A stretch of DNA of 64,000 nucleotides, from the NCBI GenBank assembly GCA_018902845.1, contig JAHIPV010000013.1:18766-82765 (forward strand), read 5' to 3'. The notes under the pieces were generated by a model. That model ran no database searches. It saw nothing but the letters and a program-made list of their open reading frames with translations, and was not told the origin of the DNA. The first letter of the stretch is position 1; every line of letters starts with the position of its first letter. This DNA comes from Patescibacteria group bacterium. Its GTDB lineage: Bacteria; Patescibacteriota; Microgenomatia; UBA12405. Shown here in pieces: positions 7,852 to 18,407 of this stretch. The position numbers and the translations under genes are program-made.

Positions 7852-9564
7852 ATGCGTTATTCCAACTTATTTGGCAAAACAAAAAAAGAAACTGCTAAAC
7901 AAGCCAAATTAAAAAGTCACCAGTTTTTACTTCGCGCTGGTTTTATAAATCAAACTGCCGCCGGATTATATAGTTTTTTGCCCCTAGGTTTCAAGGTACT
8001 CAGCAAAATAGATGCAATCGTAAAACAGGAATTAGCCAAAGAAAACGTTCAGCATCTGCTAATGCCCTATGTTTCACCAGCCAGCTTGTGGCAGGAAACA
8101 GGTCGTTACGACAAGATGGATTCAGTTTTGGCCAAATTTACTTCCAAAAGAGGTCAGGATCTTGTTTTGTCTCCTACTCATGAAGAAATTATCACTGATT
8201 TAGTCAGAAAATACGTTCAATCATACAAAGATTTACCTCTCATATTAAACCACAATCAACTGAAATTTAGAGACGAAATTAGAGCTTTTGGGGGACTGGT
8301 TCGCACCAGGGAGTTTCTTATGCAAGATGCTTATACTTTTGACACCAGCGCAAAGGGACTTTCAAAAAGCTTTGACGCCGTAGTCAGAGCCTACAAAAAC
8401 ATTTTCAAACAACTTGAAATTGAGGCCGTTGAAATAGAAGCAGATAGTGGAACAATGGGTGGGTCCGATTCACACGAGTTTGTGATCATTGCTAATGTTG
8501 GCGAAGATCTGGTTTTACAATGTTCCGATTGTAACTATAAGGCCAATGTTGAAAAAGCGGAGTTTGAAAGAGAAAAAATTAATTTAGATGAAAAAATAGA
8601 AGTTTTTAAAATAATTGATCAGCCGGAGTGGGTTTGTACTATGCAAGATAATGTTAAGCATTACAGGAAACCTTTATGGCGTTATCTAAAAAACGTAGTT
8701 TACAAAGACCAAGATGAAAATATTATTATAGCTTCTATTCGCGGCGACCAAGAAGTAAATGAAGCCAAGCTAATGCAAGCTACGGGCGTTCAAAGCATAG
8801 AACCTGCCACTGATAATGACCTAAAAAATATGGGAACTAGACCCGGTTGGGTTCATTCTTGGGGACACAAAAATGTAATTTATATTGGTGATTATGGCTT
8901 AAAAATGGTCCGTAATTTTATTGGCGGTCAAAAAGAAAAAGACACTGATTCTGTCAATGTTAATTATGGTCGGGATTTTGAGTACAAATTATTGGCAGAC
9001 ATTGTCAATGCCAAGGAAAACGATTTGTGTGCTAAGTGTAAAAAAGGCAAATTAAAAGAAAAAAGAGGAATAGAAATAGCTCACGCTTTTAAATTGGGAA
9101 CTTGTTATTCAAATTCAATGAACGCAAAGTATTTGGATAAAAACGGAAAACTCCAATTAATCCACATGGGGAGTTATGGCTTTGGTGTTTCAAGAGCGGT
9201 AGCAGTTGTGGCAGAGGTACACAACGATGATAATGGTATAGTCTGGCCCAAAACTGTTACTCCTTATCATGTTCACTTGATAGTCTTGGATACATCAGAC
9301 GGAAAAATCTTTAAACAGGCCCAAAAGCTTTATGAAGATCTAAAATCACAAAACATCGACGTCTTGTTTGACGAAAGAAAAGATGTCTCTGCTGGTTCAA
9401 AATTTGCCGATGCAGATTTAATTGGTATTCCAATCAGGTTAGTTGTCAGCAAAAAAAGCCTAAAAAACGGCGGAATTGAATTTAAATTGAGAAATTCAGG
9501 AAAAATTGAAATTATAAAAATTTCAGAATTAGAAAAAAGAATCAAAGATTTTTACAAAATCTAA
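7852..9564 (+). CDS. proS: Proline--tRNA ligase (bacterial type with insertion domain)
   Basis: LW.ETGRY, L.PTHEE, KFRDEIR..GGL.R.REF.M.DAY, MGSYG.G..R, anticodon domain; start ATG 7852. Confidence 0.95.
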   Translation: MRYSNLFGKTKKETAKQAKLKSHQFLLRAGFINQTAAGLYSFLPLGFKVLSKIDAIVKQELAKENVQHLLMPYVSPASLWQETGRYDKMDSVLAKFTSKRGQDLVLSPTHEEIITDLVRKYVQSYKDLPLILNHNQLKFRDEIRAFGGLVRTREFLMQDAYTFDTSAKGLSKSFDAVVRAYKNIFKQLEIEAVEIEADSGTMGGSDSHEFVIIANVGEDLVLQCSDCNYKANVEKAEFEREKINLDEKIEVFKIIDQPEWVCTMQDNVKHYRKPLWRYLKNVVYKDQDENIIIASIRGDQEVNEAKLMQATGVQSIEPATDNDLKNMGTRPGWVHSWGHKNVIYIGDYGLKMVRNFIGGQKEKDTDSVNVNYGRDFEYKLLADIVNAKENDLCAKCKKGKLKEKRGIEIAHAFKLGTCYSNSMNAKYLDKNGKLQLIHMGSYGFGVSRAVAVVAEVHNDDNGIVWPKTVTPYHVHLIVLDTSDGKIFKQAQKLYEDLKSQNIDVLFDERKDVSAGSKFADADLIGIPIRLVVSKKSLKNGGIEFKLRNSGKIEIIKISELEKRIKDFYKI

Positions 9565-9620
9565 ACAGAGATCATCAACCTCCATATTTCTTATGACCAC
9601 ATCTGTTATATACTCTTTAT

Positions 9621-11711
9621 ATGGCAAAGCGACGCCGTGGGCGAAAAAAAATCAAAAATACACTGGGAATTAGGTTAAAACCTAAAACCGTCAAGTCTGT
9701 TTTTTTTATTTTCTTTTTACTTTTAACCATCATATCAATCTTTTCCTTTCTTCAGTCAACCCCTTCTTTGATTATGATTAATAAGTCTCTTATTTCCTAT
9801 TTTGGTCTTGTCTCTCTCATGCTTCCTTTTCTTTTTTTACTTTTAGCCTTTTCTTTTATCAAGGTTAAAACTCCACTTAAAGAGCCAAGCGTTTTTTTTG
9901 GTTTCCTTATTGTTTTCATCTCAATTCTGGCACTTACAAAACAAGGACTTTTTGGTAAATTTTTGTGGGAACAAGTATCTTTTCTCTTCACTCAATTTCC
10001 CGCTTTTTTAATTTTTCTAGCCACCCTTGTTGTCGGTTTTGTCGTACTTTTTGATACTTCCATTGCTCAGATCATCAAAAATGTTGGTGAAATTTTATTT
10101 CTTATCAAAAAATATACCCTTGGCCAGACTAAAAAAACAAAAAGCAAAAAAAGCAAAACGGGAGAAACCGTATATATTCAAGAAGAACCAAAAGAAGAAA
10201 AGAAAACAACCGAAGAAAACGTTCCTGTTTCAACAAAACCCGTAGAACTGATTAATCCTGCTTCTAGCAAACCACTTAGTTCCTCTTCAAATCAAATTTG
10301 GGAATATCCATCAATAGATGTTTTTGATGATAATCCTGGCAAAAAAGCGGACAGGGGAGACGTTCGCAAAAATGCCGAGATTATAGAACAAACTCTTGAT
10401 TCTTTTGGAATTACAGCTAGGGTTGCAGAAGTAAACAACAGTCCTTCGGTTACTCAGTATGCGCTGCAAGTTGCGCTAGGAACAAAATTGGCCAAAATCG
10501 TTAACCTGGGCAACGATTTAGCCATGGCATTAGCAGCTCCGGGAGGTCAAATAAGAATAGAAGCGCCAATTCCGGGTCGTTCGCTTGTCGGTATTGAGGT
10601 GCCAAACAGATCTCTTCAAATCGTTCCTGTTAGAAAAATATTGGAAGATGATGAGATCAAAAATGCTAAATCAAAAATTATAGTACCACTTGGTCTTAGT
10701 GTTTCCGGTAAGGTCCAGTTTGCTGACATTGCTCAAATGCCACACGTTCTTATAGCAGGTCAAACAGGTTCAGGGAAATCTATTTGTATTAATTCTTGGA
10801 TCAGTACTCTTTTATTTAGGGCTTCCCCTGATGAACTCAGGCTTATAATGGTTGACCCCAAAAGAGTTGAGCTCACTCCATATAATGGAATACCACATTT
10901 ACTCACTCCGGTTATCGTCGATCCCGACAAGGTCGTCTCAGCATTAAAATGGGCTGTCACCGAGATGGAAAATCGCTACAAAGTATTTGCTGAAGTTGGA
11001 GCAAAAAATATTAGCTCTTACAACGATATGGCAGGCTTCCAAAGCCTCCCCTATGTTTTAATCATTATCGACGAATTGGCAGATATAATGCTTTTTTCTC
11101 CGGCCGAAGTAGAAGATTGTATTTGTCGTATCGCTCAAATGGCCCGAGCTGTCGGCATCCATTTGATTTTGGCTACTCAAAGACCGTCTGTCGACATTTT
11201 AACCGGTCTTATTAAGGCCAATATTCCAACCCGTGTTGCATTTGCCGTTTCCTCTATGACAGACTCCAGGGTCATCTTAGACACTCCTGGGGCAGAAAAA
11301 CTTCTTGGCAGAGGAGACATGCTCTATATTCCTCCCGAGTTAGCCAAGCCACTTCGTATTCAAGGGTGTTTTGTATCAGATAAAGAAATAAAAAAACTAA
11401 TAGACCATCTCCAATCTCAAAAAAATGTTGATTACGATGACCAAATTATAAACCAGCCAATTTCTGCTGGAAGCTCAAGCAAAAATTTAGTTTCCGTAAG
11501 CGGAGAAGAAAAAGACGTAAAATTTGACGATGCCATCGCTATAATCAAAAGTAGTGGCAAGGCCTCGGCCTCTTTACTCCAAAGGCAACTCAAACTTGGC
11601 TATGCCCGTGCTGCCAGAATACTTGATCAATTGGAAGTCGCCGGTATTGTTGGTCCTGTCAATGGTTCTAAACCTCGTGAAATATTTGCGAGTAAATTGT
11701 CGGATCAGTAA
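9621..11711 (+). CDS. ftsK: DNA translocase FtsK
   Basis: N-terminal TM helices, PH.LIAG.TGSGKS, DPKRVEL, IIDELAD, ATQRPS, gamma domain SASLLQR.LKLGY.RAARI.D. Confidence 0.96.
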   Translation: MAKRRRGRKKIKNTLGIRLKPKTVKSVFFIFFLLLTIISIFSFLQSTPSLIMINKSLISYFGLVSLMLPFLFLLLAFSFIKVKTPLKEPSVFFGFLIVFISILALTKQGLFGKFLWEQVSFLFTQFPAFLIFLATLVVGFVVLFDTSIAQIIKNVGEILFLIKKYTLGQTKKTKSKKSKTGETVYIQEEPKEEKKTTEENVPVSTKPVELINPASSKPLSSSSNQIWEYPSIDVFDDNPGKKADRGDVRKNAEIIEQTLDSFGITARVAEVNNSPSVTQYALQVALGTKLAKIVNLGNDLAMALAAPGGQIRIEAPIPGRSLVGIEVPNRSLQIVPVRKILEDDEIKNAKSKIIVPLGLSVSGKVQFADIAQMPHVLIAGQTGSGKSICINSWISTLLFRASPDELRLIMVDPKRVELTPYNGIPHLLTPVIVDPDKVVSALKWAVTEMENRYKVFAEVGAKNISSYNDMAGFQSLPYVLIIIDELADIMLFSPAEVEDCICRIAQMARAVGIHLILATQRPSVDILTGLIKANIPTRVAFAVSSMTDSRVILDTPGAEKLLGRGDMLYIPPELAKPLRIQGCFVSDKEIKKLIDHLQSQKNVDYDDQIINQPISAGSSSKNLVSVSGEEKDVKFDDAIAIIKSSGKASASLLQRQLKLGYARAARILDQLEVAGIVGPVNGSKPREIFASKLSDQ

Positions 11712-11769
11712 GAGACTATAGGTACATTTGCTTGTTGTCCTAATTTGTTTAAAAATTTTTATAAATTTC

Positions 11770-12378
11770 ATGTTTCAAGCCTCATCAATTCTCAAAAACG
11801 CCAGGGAAGACAGAGAATTAAGTTTAAAAGAAGTTTCTGAGAAGCTAAAAATTCCGGAAAAATACCTAAAAGCAATAGAAGAAGCTGATTTCAAAAATTA
11901 TCCCAAACAACCATATTGCTCTCTTTTTGTTAAAGAATACGCCGATCTTTTTGGTTTAAACAGCAAAAATATATTGTCTTTTTTTAGAAGGGATTCTTAT
12001 CAACCACAAACCAAAACAAATGTTTCCAAAAATCAAAATCCAAAATTTTTTATTACTCCCCAAAAAGTATTTTCTTTCTCTGCTATTTTTGTTGTTATTT
12101 TTCTGTCTTTATACTTAGTTGTCCAGTATCTTAGTTTTAATCGCCCTCCTAAACTTTCAGTAAATTGGCCCGACAAAGAATCCATCCGGTCCAACCAAAC
12201 GATTATAACCGGCCAAACTGATCCGGAAGCAACAGTCCGTATCAACGATGACTTGATAATAACCGACGACATGGGAAACTTTTCAAAAAAAGTTGACTTA
12301 ACCGACAACCAGGACAAAATTACAATTACTTCCACCTCTCATTCGGGAAAGAGCAACACAAAAGAAATGATTTACTAA
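11770..12378 (+). CDS. RodZ-like HTH-TM protein with C-terminal Ig-like domain
   Basis: LK.ARE...LSL.EVS..LKI...YL.AIE HTH, one TM helix, position after ftsK. Confidence 0.8.
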   Translation: MFQASSILKNAREDRELSLKEVSEKLKIPEKYLKAIEEADFKNYPKQPYCSLFVKEYADLFGLNSKNILSFFRRDSYQPQTKTNVSKNQNPKFFITPQKVFSFSAIFVVIFLSLYLVVQYLSFNRPPKLSVNWPDKESIRSNQTIITGQTDPEATVRINDDLIITDDMGNFSKKVDLTDNQDKITITSTSHSGKSNTKEMIY

Positions 12379-12420
12379 ACTCACTTGCTTTTTTATTTTT
12401 TTTTACTTTATACTAATTTA

Positions 12421-12666
12421 ATGGATCCAACTCAACTTGTACTGACAATCAGTATTGCAATCATAACAATCATTCTTGCAACCATTGGCATCTATTTGAT
12501 AAAAATTCTTAAAGAAATCAAGATCACTATATCCAAAACAAATCTAATACTTGACGACACCCAAATTATAACTTCTTCTATAGCCCAGCCGGTTTCTACT
12601 TTTGCCGAATTTTTTTCTGGACTTCGTGACGGTGTCCAGGCTTTAAGTAATTTGTTCAATAAATAA
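12421..12666 (+). CDS. Small membrane protein (DUF948-like)
   Basis: N-terminal TM plus amphipathic helix; TATACT 6 nt before ATG 12421. Confidence 0.65.
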   Translation: MDPTQLVLTISIAIITIILATIGIYLIKILKEIKITISKTNLILDDTQIITSSIAQPVSTFAEFFSGLRDGVQALSNLFNK

Positions 12667-12956
12667 TGCATCGCGACAACAATCAACAGTCCCACTCTTC
12701 TGGTTTTCTTTTAGGGTTGGTTTTTGGCCTTATCATTGCCGCCATACTAGCCATAATTATTTACAAAAAAGACAAAGATAAAACTCTAAGGCAACTCAAA
12801 AAAGAATTAGAAAAATATTTCAAAAAATATATCAAATTGCCAAATTCTTTCAACAAGCCTAATTCTAAATCCAAACCCAAGAAATCAATTTCCGCCACCA
12901 CCACAACCCGCCGTTCTCGTTCTCGTCCCAAAAAATTCAAAGGCCTAAAAAAGTAA
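12666..12956 (+). CDS. Small membrane protein (YtxH-like)
   Basis: GFLLGLVFG TM followed by a basic helix; 1-nt overlap with the upstream gene. Confidence 0.6.
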   Translation: MHRDNNQQSHSSGFLLGLVFGLIIAAILAIIIYKKDKDKTLRQLKKELEKYFKKYIKLPNSFNKPNSKSKPKKSISATTTTRRSRSRPKKFKGLKK

Positions 12957-13002
12957 CCACTCAAAATCTAACCAATCTCGTCTTTTGTAATATAATACCT
13001 TC

Positions 13003-14790
13003 ATGACGCCACGAAAACTAAAAGACAAATTTATCGAGTTTTTTCTTTCAAAAAATCACCAAGAAATCCCATCAAGTAGCTTAGTTCCCGAAAACGACCC
13101 AACTACTCTTTTTGTTTCAGCCGGTATTCAGCCGTTAGCTCCATATTTTTTAGGCAAAAAACATCCGGTAGGCTCAAGGTTAGTTAATGTGCAGAAATGT
13201 GTTCGTACCTGTGATATTGACTTAGTAGGGGACGCTTTTCATCACACCTTTTTTGAAATGCTGGGTAACTGGTCTTTGGGAGATTATTTCAAAAAAGAGA
13301 TGATTCCCTGGAGTTTTGAATTTTTAACCAAAGAGTTAAACATCAACGCCGACCATTTATACGCTACCTGTTTTGCCGGCGACAAAGATGCGCCAAAAGA
13401 TAATGTCAGCGCAAATTTTTGGCAAAAACTTGGTATTCCCAAAAAAAGAATTCACTTTTTACCCAAAAAAGAAAACTGGTGGGGTCCTGCTGGTACTACT
13501 GGTCCTTGTGGTCCAGATAGCGAAATGTTTGTTGATATTAGTCCCAACTCTCCGCCAATAGATTTCAAAAAAGGTTGTGATTCCGGTCGTTTTAGAGAAA
13601 TTTGGAACGACGTATTTATCCAATATCTAAAAAACGAAAAAGGAAAATTTGAAAAACTTGTTCAAAACAACATTGATACGGGTATGGGAGTGGAAAGGAA
13701 CATTGCTATATTAAATAGTTTTACTGATCACTACTTAACCGTTATCTGGCAACCAATTATCAAAAAAATAGAAGAAATCTCTGGGGAAAAATATACAACT
13801 GACAATATCCGTCCAATGCGCATTATTGCCGATCATCTTCGTTCTGCCGTTTTTATTATTGCAGATGGTATGCAGCCATCGAACAAAGAAGCTGGTTATG
13901 TTTTACGACGCCTTATCAGAAGGGCAGTCAGACAAGCAAAACTAATTGGCATTGAAAATAATTTTACAGAAAAAATCGGACAAACTGTACTGAATAATCA
14001 GAACAATTATGCCGGCATTTATCCGGAATTAAATCAAAACGCAGATTTAATTTTAGCTACTTTAGAAAATGAAGAAAACAAATTTAGAAAAACACTAAAC
14101 AAAGGCTTGCGTCAAATTCAAAAAATGATATCTTCTGATAAAAAGATAACCGGAAAAGATGCTTTTGATTTATATCAAAACTATGGCTTCCCCTGTGAGA
14201 TGACCAAAGAAGAACTGGAAAAACATGGACTAAAATTTAGTTCAAAAGAATACAAAGAATTTTGTTCGTGTAATTCAGACCACCAAGCAAAGTCTCGCAC
14301 TTTATCAGTAGGAAAATTTAAAAGCGGCTTAGCAGATAATTCAGAAATTATCACTAAATATCACACAACTACTCATCTTCTTAATTCAGCCTTGCGCCAG
14401 GTATTGGGTGATCATGTTTGGCAAGCTGGGTCAAACATCACAAAAGAAAGACTACGTTTTGATTTCGTTCACCAAGACAAATTAACTGACAAAGAAAAAC
14501 AACAAACAGAAGATCTGGTTAATGAAAAAATAAAGAAAGCCCTTCCTGTTTCCTGTCAGACAATGAATATTACTGACGTCAAAAATAACAGTTCAATTGT
14601 TGCAATTTTTGGAGCTAAATATCCTGACAAAGTAACTGTTTATACAATCGGAAATCTCAAAAAATCTTTTTCTAAAGAAGTTTGTACCGGTCCTCATGTA
14701 AAAAATACTTCAGAATTGGGCAGTTTTTGTATTCTTAAAGAAGAATCATGCGGTTCCGGCCGTCGCCGCATCTACGCCAAGCTAATGTAA
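13003..14790 (+). CDS. alaS: Alanine--tRNA ligase, short form without C-Ala domain
   Basis: DPT.LF..AG, QKC.R, HHTFFEMLGNWS.GDYFK, IDTGMG.ER, ADH.R, editing HxxxH/CxxxH, ends GRRRIYA. Confidence 0.96.
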   Translation: MTPRKLKDKFIEFFLSKNHQEIPSSSLVPENDPTTLFVSAGIQPLAPYFLGKKHPVGSRLVNVQKCVRTCDIDLVGDAFHHTFFEMLGNWSLGDYFKKEMIPWSFEFLTKELNINADHLYATCFAGDKDAPKDNVSANFWQKLGIPKKRIHFLPKKENWWGPAGTTGPCGPDSEMFVDISPNSPPIDFKKGCDSGRFREIWNDVFIQYLKNEKGKFEKLVQNNIDTGMGVERNIAILNSFTDHYLTVIWQPIIKKIEEISGEKYTTDNIRPMRIIADHLRSAVFIIADGMQPSNKEAGYVLRRLIRRAVRQAKLIGIENNFTEKIGQTVLNNQNNYAGIYPELNQNADLILATLENEENKFRKTLNKGLRQIQKMISSDKKITGKDAFDLYQNYGFPCEMTKEELEKHGLKFSSKEYKEFCSCNSDHQAKSRTLSVGKFKSGLADNSEIITKYHTTTHLLNSALRQVLGDHVWQAGSNITKERLRFDFVHQDKLTDKEKQQTEDLVNEKIKKALPVSCQTMNITDVKNNSSIVAIFGAKYPDKVTVYTIGNLKKSFSKEVCTGPHVKNTSELGSFCILKEESCGSGRRRIYAKLM

Positions 14791-14796
14791 CCAATC

Positions 14797-15033
14797 TTAA
14801 TCACTATCAGAAGCAACTTCATCCCGCACTATTTCCACTCGAACTCCAGTTCCTTGACCTATTGTAATCCCCCTGCCGGGAACATCGGTGACGATCTCAA
14901 GCGACAGAAGGTCCTCTCTCGCCTCTTTCGCTCTGTGGACCCTGATTGTTACAGTCTCTCCTCTGGTAATACCCTGAACACTCATATAAACATCTCTGGC
15001 AACCTCTTTAGCTGTTTGGTTATCTACTTTCAT
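14797..15033 (-). CDS. Hypothetical small protein
   Basis: 78-aa ORF (MKVDNQ...) convergent on alaS; TATAAT 12 nt upstream. Confidence 0.5.
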   Translation of the reverse strand: MKVDNQTAKEVARDVYMSVQGITRGETVTIRVHRAKEAREDLLSLEIVTDVPGRGITIGQGTGVRVEIVRDEVASDSD

Positions 15034-15138
15034 ACCTATAACATCATTATAATACAAATCGAACAGCAGCTCAAGCACTGGCTAGATTTGTTTTGTTTTA
15101 GATACTTTTTTGTCTCTCGTAATAATATAGCAGGATTA

Positions 15139-15168
15139 TTTGGAAGTTTAGATATTAGATTTCAAATC
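15139..15168 (+). repeat. AT-rich TTTGGAAATTTAGA-family repeat, degenerate copy
   Basis: TTTGGAAGTTTAGATATTAGATTTC resembles copies at 39115, 41996, 49407 and 59610. Confidence 0.5.
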
Positions 15169-15194
15169 TACTTACAATGTTGTATTCTTAATTA

Positions 15195-17249
15195 ATGAAA
15201 CAAAAGAATACAAACAGGTTTTGGCTTCTTAATATCAAAGATACACATCTCTCGGTTTCTTTAGTTTTTGTTTCAGAAGTCATGTCCGATGGAATTCTCT
15301 CAAGCCATAAGCAGGAGTGGAAAGAAGAAGATTTCATAAATTCTGTCGATATTTGCGTTTCTGATTGTTTAAGGCAGGATTCTTCCCCAGAAATTGACCA
15401 AACAGACTCGATCGCCTTTATTCTTCCACCTGACTGGGTCGCCAGCGACGGAAAGATAATCGATGATAAACAAAAATTAATCAAATCTCTTTGTAAAAAG
15501 ATGGACCTTAAACCAATGGGTTTTCTGGCAAGCAACGAGGCTATAGTTGAAGAATTAAATCATAAAGAAGGATCTCCTGTTAGCCTAATTTTAATCAACA
15601 TAGAAAACAATATTGCTGACTTTTCTATAGTTTATTCGGGAAAAATAAAAAACAATTTTAAAAAAACAATTTTAGAAAAATCATCTTTGCCTGCTTTGAT
15701 TGAAAATAGCCTTAGAGAATTAAATTTTGATTTTGTTCTGCCACCACAAATTCTGCTTTGGGGAGATAAGGATTTTGATTTTAGCCAAGATCTCAAAAAT
15801 TATGCCTGGACAGATAAAGAAGGAAAAAATATCTTTACCCATTTTCCCAAAATTGATTTTTACGACACTGAACAAATAAATCAATTTTTTATAAAAATCA
15901 TTACAAAACAAATTGGGTTAGACCTAGAAACCGTCAAAACCCCAAAAAACGACACTTTAAGCCAGCCTCGTTTTTCCGATTTAAAAGAAGTTGATCCCCT
16001 AAGCCTAGGTTTTGACAAAGACCACCATTCTTTACCTCCAACAAAAGAATTTTCTGAAAAAATCAAAAAACCAAAGTTTAAGTTAAAACTTTGGTTTCCT
16101 ACTTTTCCAAAATTAAAATTTCCAAAAATTTTCTCACGTTTTTCCGTTTTATTATTATTTTTCTTTTTTACAACAATTTTTCTTTTTTGGCTTTTTTCTT
16201 ATAAAAGTGTCTTGACCGTTTTTGTTACACCATATAAGTTTGATCAAAAATTGCCGTCTACTCTTGACACCTCGGCAAAAGATTTTGATCCAAATGAAAA
16301 AATTATCCCTGCCCAAGAAATAGAGATAAAATTTTCCACTTCTGCCACCGTAAAAACCACTGGACAGAAATTAGTAGGGGAAAGGGCTAGGGGGGAATTG
16401 CTTGTTTTTAACAAAACCGATCAGGACAAAACTCTACCGGCAGGTTCTATTTTAGTGGACGCCAATCAGCTGGAATTTAAACTATTAGATGATGTCAAAG
16501 TATCGTCCAGCAGTCCGGACCTCGATCAGGGAATAATAACTCTTGGTCAGGGCAAAGTAATGGCCTCTGCCGTTGATATCGGTCCGGCTGGTAATTTAAA
16601 CAAAGATACTCTTTTAACATTCAAAGAATTTCCTTCAAGCGATTTAGTTGTCAAGACAAATCAAGTTTTTGCCGGAGGAAGTAGTCGGCAGGTTAGTAGT
16701 GTTGGCAGTGAAGATAGAAAAGAGGTAAAGCAAAAAATAGACGAAAAAGTTCAAGAAATTTTACAACAAAAGAAAGACGAAAGCATCGATAAGCTTAACA
16801 ATTTACTGCCCGGAACCACATTTATAGATCAAGAAAGGATAAGTTACGATCGTGAAATAGGCGAAGAGACCGACGAACTATCGGCCTCGGTTGATATCAC
16901 CATGCATATTTTTTCAATAAATGCAAAAGTAAAAAACGACATTATAAAATACATGCTTCAGTCAAATACCGATCCGTCTACCCTTGATCTGGAAAATAGC
17001 CAATTTCAATTTGATTACAAAGATAAAAATCTTTTATTGACTGGGACATCACTGCCTAAAATAAACACTACAAACTTAGCAAAAAAATTAGTTTTAAAAA
17101 ATCCAAATAAAATTACAGAAACACTTAAGTCAGAATCCACTCGTGTATATGATTTTAATCTGCAATCCAAGCCAGCCATTTTTAAAAATTTTCCTATATT
17201 ACCAGCAAGATCAGATATGATCTATTTAGAAATTAAAACCGAAGAATAA
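15195..17249 (+). CDS. Single-pass membrane protein: degenerate FtsA/actin-like N-domain plus baseplate-J-like beta-rich C-domain
   Basis: Central TM; TTGQKLVGERARG.L.VFN..LPAG, A..IG..GN, F.GGS patterns; domain calls are by eye. Confidence 0.6.
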   Translation: MKQKNTNRFWLLNIKDTHLSVSLVFVSEVMSDGILSSHKQEWKEEDFINSVDICVSDCLRQDSSPEIDQTDSIAFILPPDWVASDGKIIDDKQKLIKSLCKKMDLKPMGFLASNEAIVEELNHKEGSPVSLILINIENNIADFSIVYSGKIKNNFKKTILEKSSLPALIENSLRELNFDFVLPPQILLWGDKDFDFSQDLKNYAWTDKEGKNIFTHFPKIDFYDTEQINQFFIKIITKQIGLDLETVKTPKNDTLSQPRFSDLKEVDPLSLGFDKDHHSLPPTKEFSEKIKKPKFKLKLWFPTFPKLKFPKIFSRFSVLLLFFFFTTIFLFWLFSYKSVLTVFVTPYKFDQKLPSTLDTSAKDFDPNEKIIPAQEIEIKFSTSATVKTTGQKLVGERARGELLVFNKTDQDKTLPAGSILVDANQLEFKLLDDVKVSSSSPDLDQGIITLGQGKVMASAVDIGPAGNLNKDTLLTFKEFPSSDLVVKTNQVFAGGSSRQVSSVGSEDRKEVKQKIDEKVQEILQQKKDESIDKLNNLLPGTTFIDQERISYDREIGEETDELSASVDITMHIFSINAKVKNDIIKYMLQSNTDPSTLDLENSQFQFDYKDKNLLLTGTSLPKINTTNLAKKLVLKNPNKITETLKSESTRVYDFNLQSKPAIFKNFPILPARSDMIYLEIKTEE

Positions 17250-17250
17250 C

Positions 17251-17994
17251 TTGTCATATCTATACGTTAAGAAAATTACTCCCAAGAGTCAAAAACGGAA
17301 AAAAAAACATCACCCCAAAATAACAAAAAAAATGTTATTAGCTATTTCTTTTTTTATTTTTGGTTCTTTATTGCTTTTTTCAGTTATATTTCCAATACTT
17401 AATTTTCAGTTAAAATACTCCTCTCGTTTTAACCCGATTAGTTCCCCTCTTTCGGCAAAATTTTATAACAAAAGTTCTAGCATTTTGGGAGAGGTAAACA
17501 CTGATTACACTCAACTTAATAATTGGTTCACAAAAAATTCCAACAGCAAAGATATTGATTCCGCACCTGAACATGGTAATCCTAGCTCTTATGAACTTTC
17601 TATACCAATCCTTAAAATTGAAAATGCTAATGTGGTTGTTGGTGGAACTGACTTGAAAAAAAGTCTAATACAGTATCCACAAACAGCCTTACCCGGTCAA
17701 ATCGGTAATGCCGTAATTTTTGGCCATTCGGTCTTACCTCAATTTTTTAATCCAAAATCATATGTAACCATTTTTTCAACTCTTTTTAAGCTAAAGCAGG
17801 GAGACGAAATTTATGCTACTTTTGATAACATAAAATACAAATATTTAGTTGAAGAAATGTTTGAAATTCTACCGACAGATCTTTCCATATTAGAACAAAG
17901 ATTTGACGGTCGTTATCTAACTATTGTGACTTGTAGTCCGCCAGGAACCTATATTCGTCGCTTAATAATCAAGGCCAAAATAGTAGATATTTAA
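17251..17994 (+). CDS. Sortase
   Basis: N-terminal TM, IP.L.I, PG..GN.VIFGH, LT.VTC..PG...RRL catalytic H/C/R. Confidence 0.9.
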   Translation: MSYLYVKKITPKSQKRKKKHHPKITKKMLLAISFFIFGSLLLFSVIFPILNFQLKYSSRFNPISSPLSAKFYNKSSSILGEVNTDYTQLNNWFTKNSNSKDIDSAPEHGNPSSYELSIPILKIENANVVVGGTDLKKSLIQYPQTALPGQIGNAVIFGHSVLPQFFNPKSYVTIFSTLFKLKQGDEIYATFDNIKYKYLVEEMFEILPTDLSILEQRFDGRYLTIVTCSPPGTYIRRLIIKAKIVDI

Positions 17995-18001
17995 TTATCC
18001 A

Positions 18002-18373
18002 ATGAATTATCTAGCAATTGATTATGGAACAAAAAGAATTGGCACTGCCATTTCGATTATGGGAGTTATTAGTCCACTAAAAACTTTCCCTAACAATACT
18101 GTTTTTTTTAATTCTCTTGAAAAAATCACCAACCAGAATGAAATAAAAAAAATTTTTGTTGGTATTTGCCAGGGCTCCTTTGCCGTGCAAACCAAATCCT
18201 TTGTTGCCAAACTAAAACTTATGCTAAAATTACCAGTAGAGCTAGTGGAGGAATCAGTTTCAACTATCGAAGCAGATGAACTTTATAAACAGCTTAATAA
18301 AAAAAGGAAAAATTATAAAGAAAAAATAGATTCCATAAGCGCAGCAATAATATTAAGACGAGCAATTAATTAA
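18002..18373 (+). CDS. ruvX: RuvX/YqgF RNase H-fold nuclease
   Basis: LAIDYG.KRIG.A, EE..ST.EA, ID..SA.IIL. Confidence 0.9.
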   Translation: MNYLAIDYGTKRIGTAISIMGVISPLKTFPNNTVFFNSLEKITNQNEIKKIFVGICQGSFAVQTKSFVAKLKLMLKLPVELVEESVSTIEADELYKQLNKKRKNYKEKIDSISAAIILRRAIN

Positions 18374-18407
18374 TAATTCGTTAGTCCCCCGAGGGGGAAA
18401 AATTCTT

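Noticed and set aside
13003-14790. Short alaS as a pseudogene
   Set aside because: Catalytic and editing motifs are intact and it ends cleanly after the editing domain; C-Ala-less AlaRS is a known form
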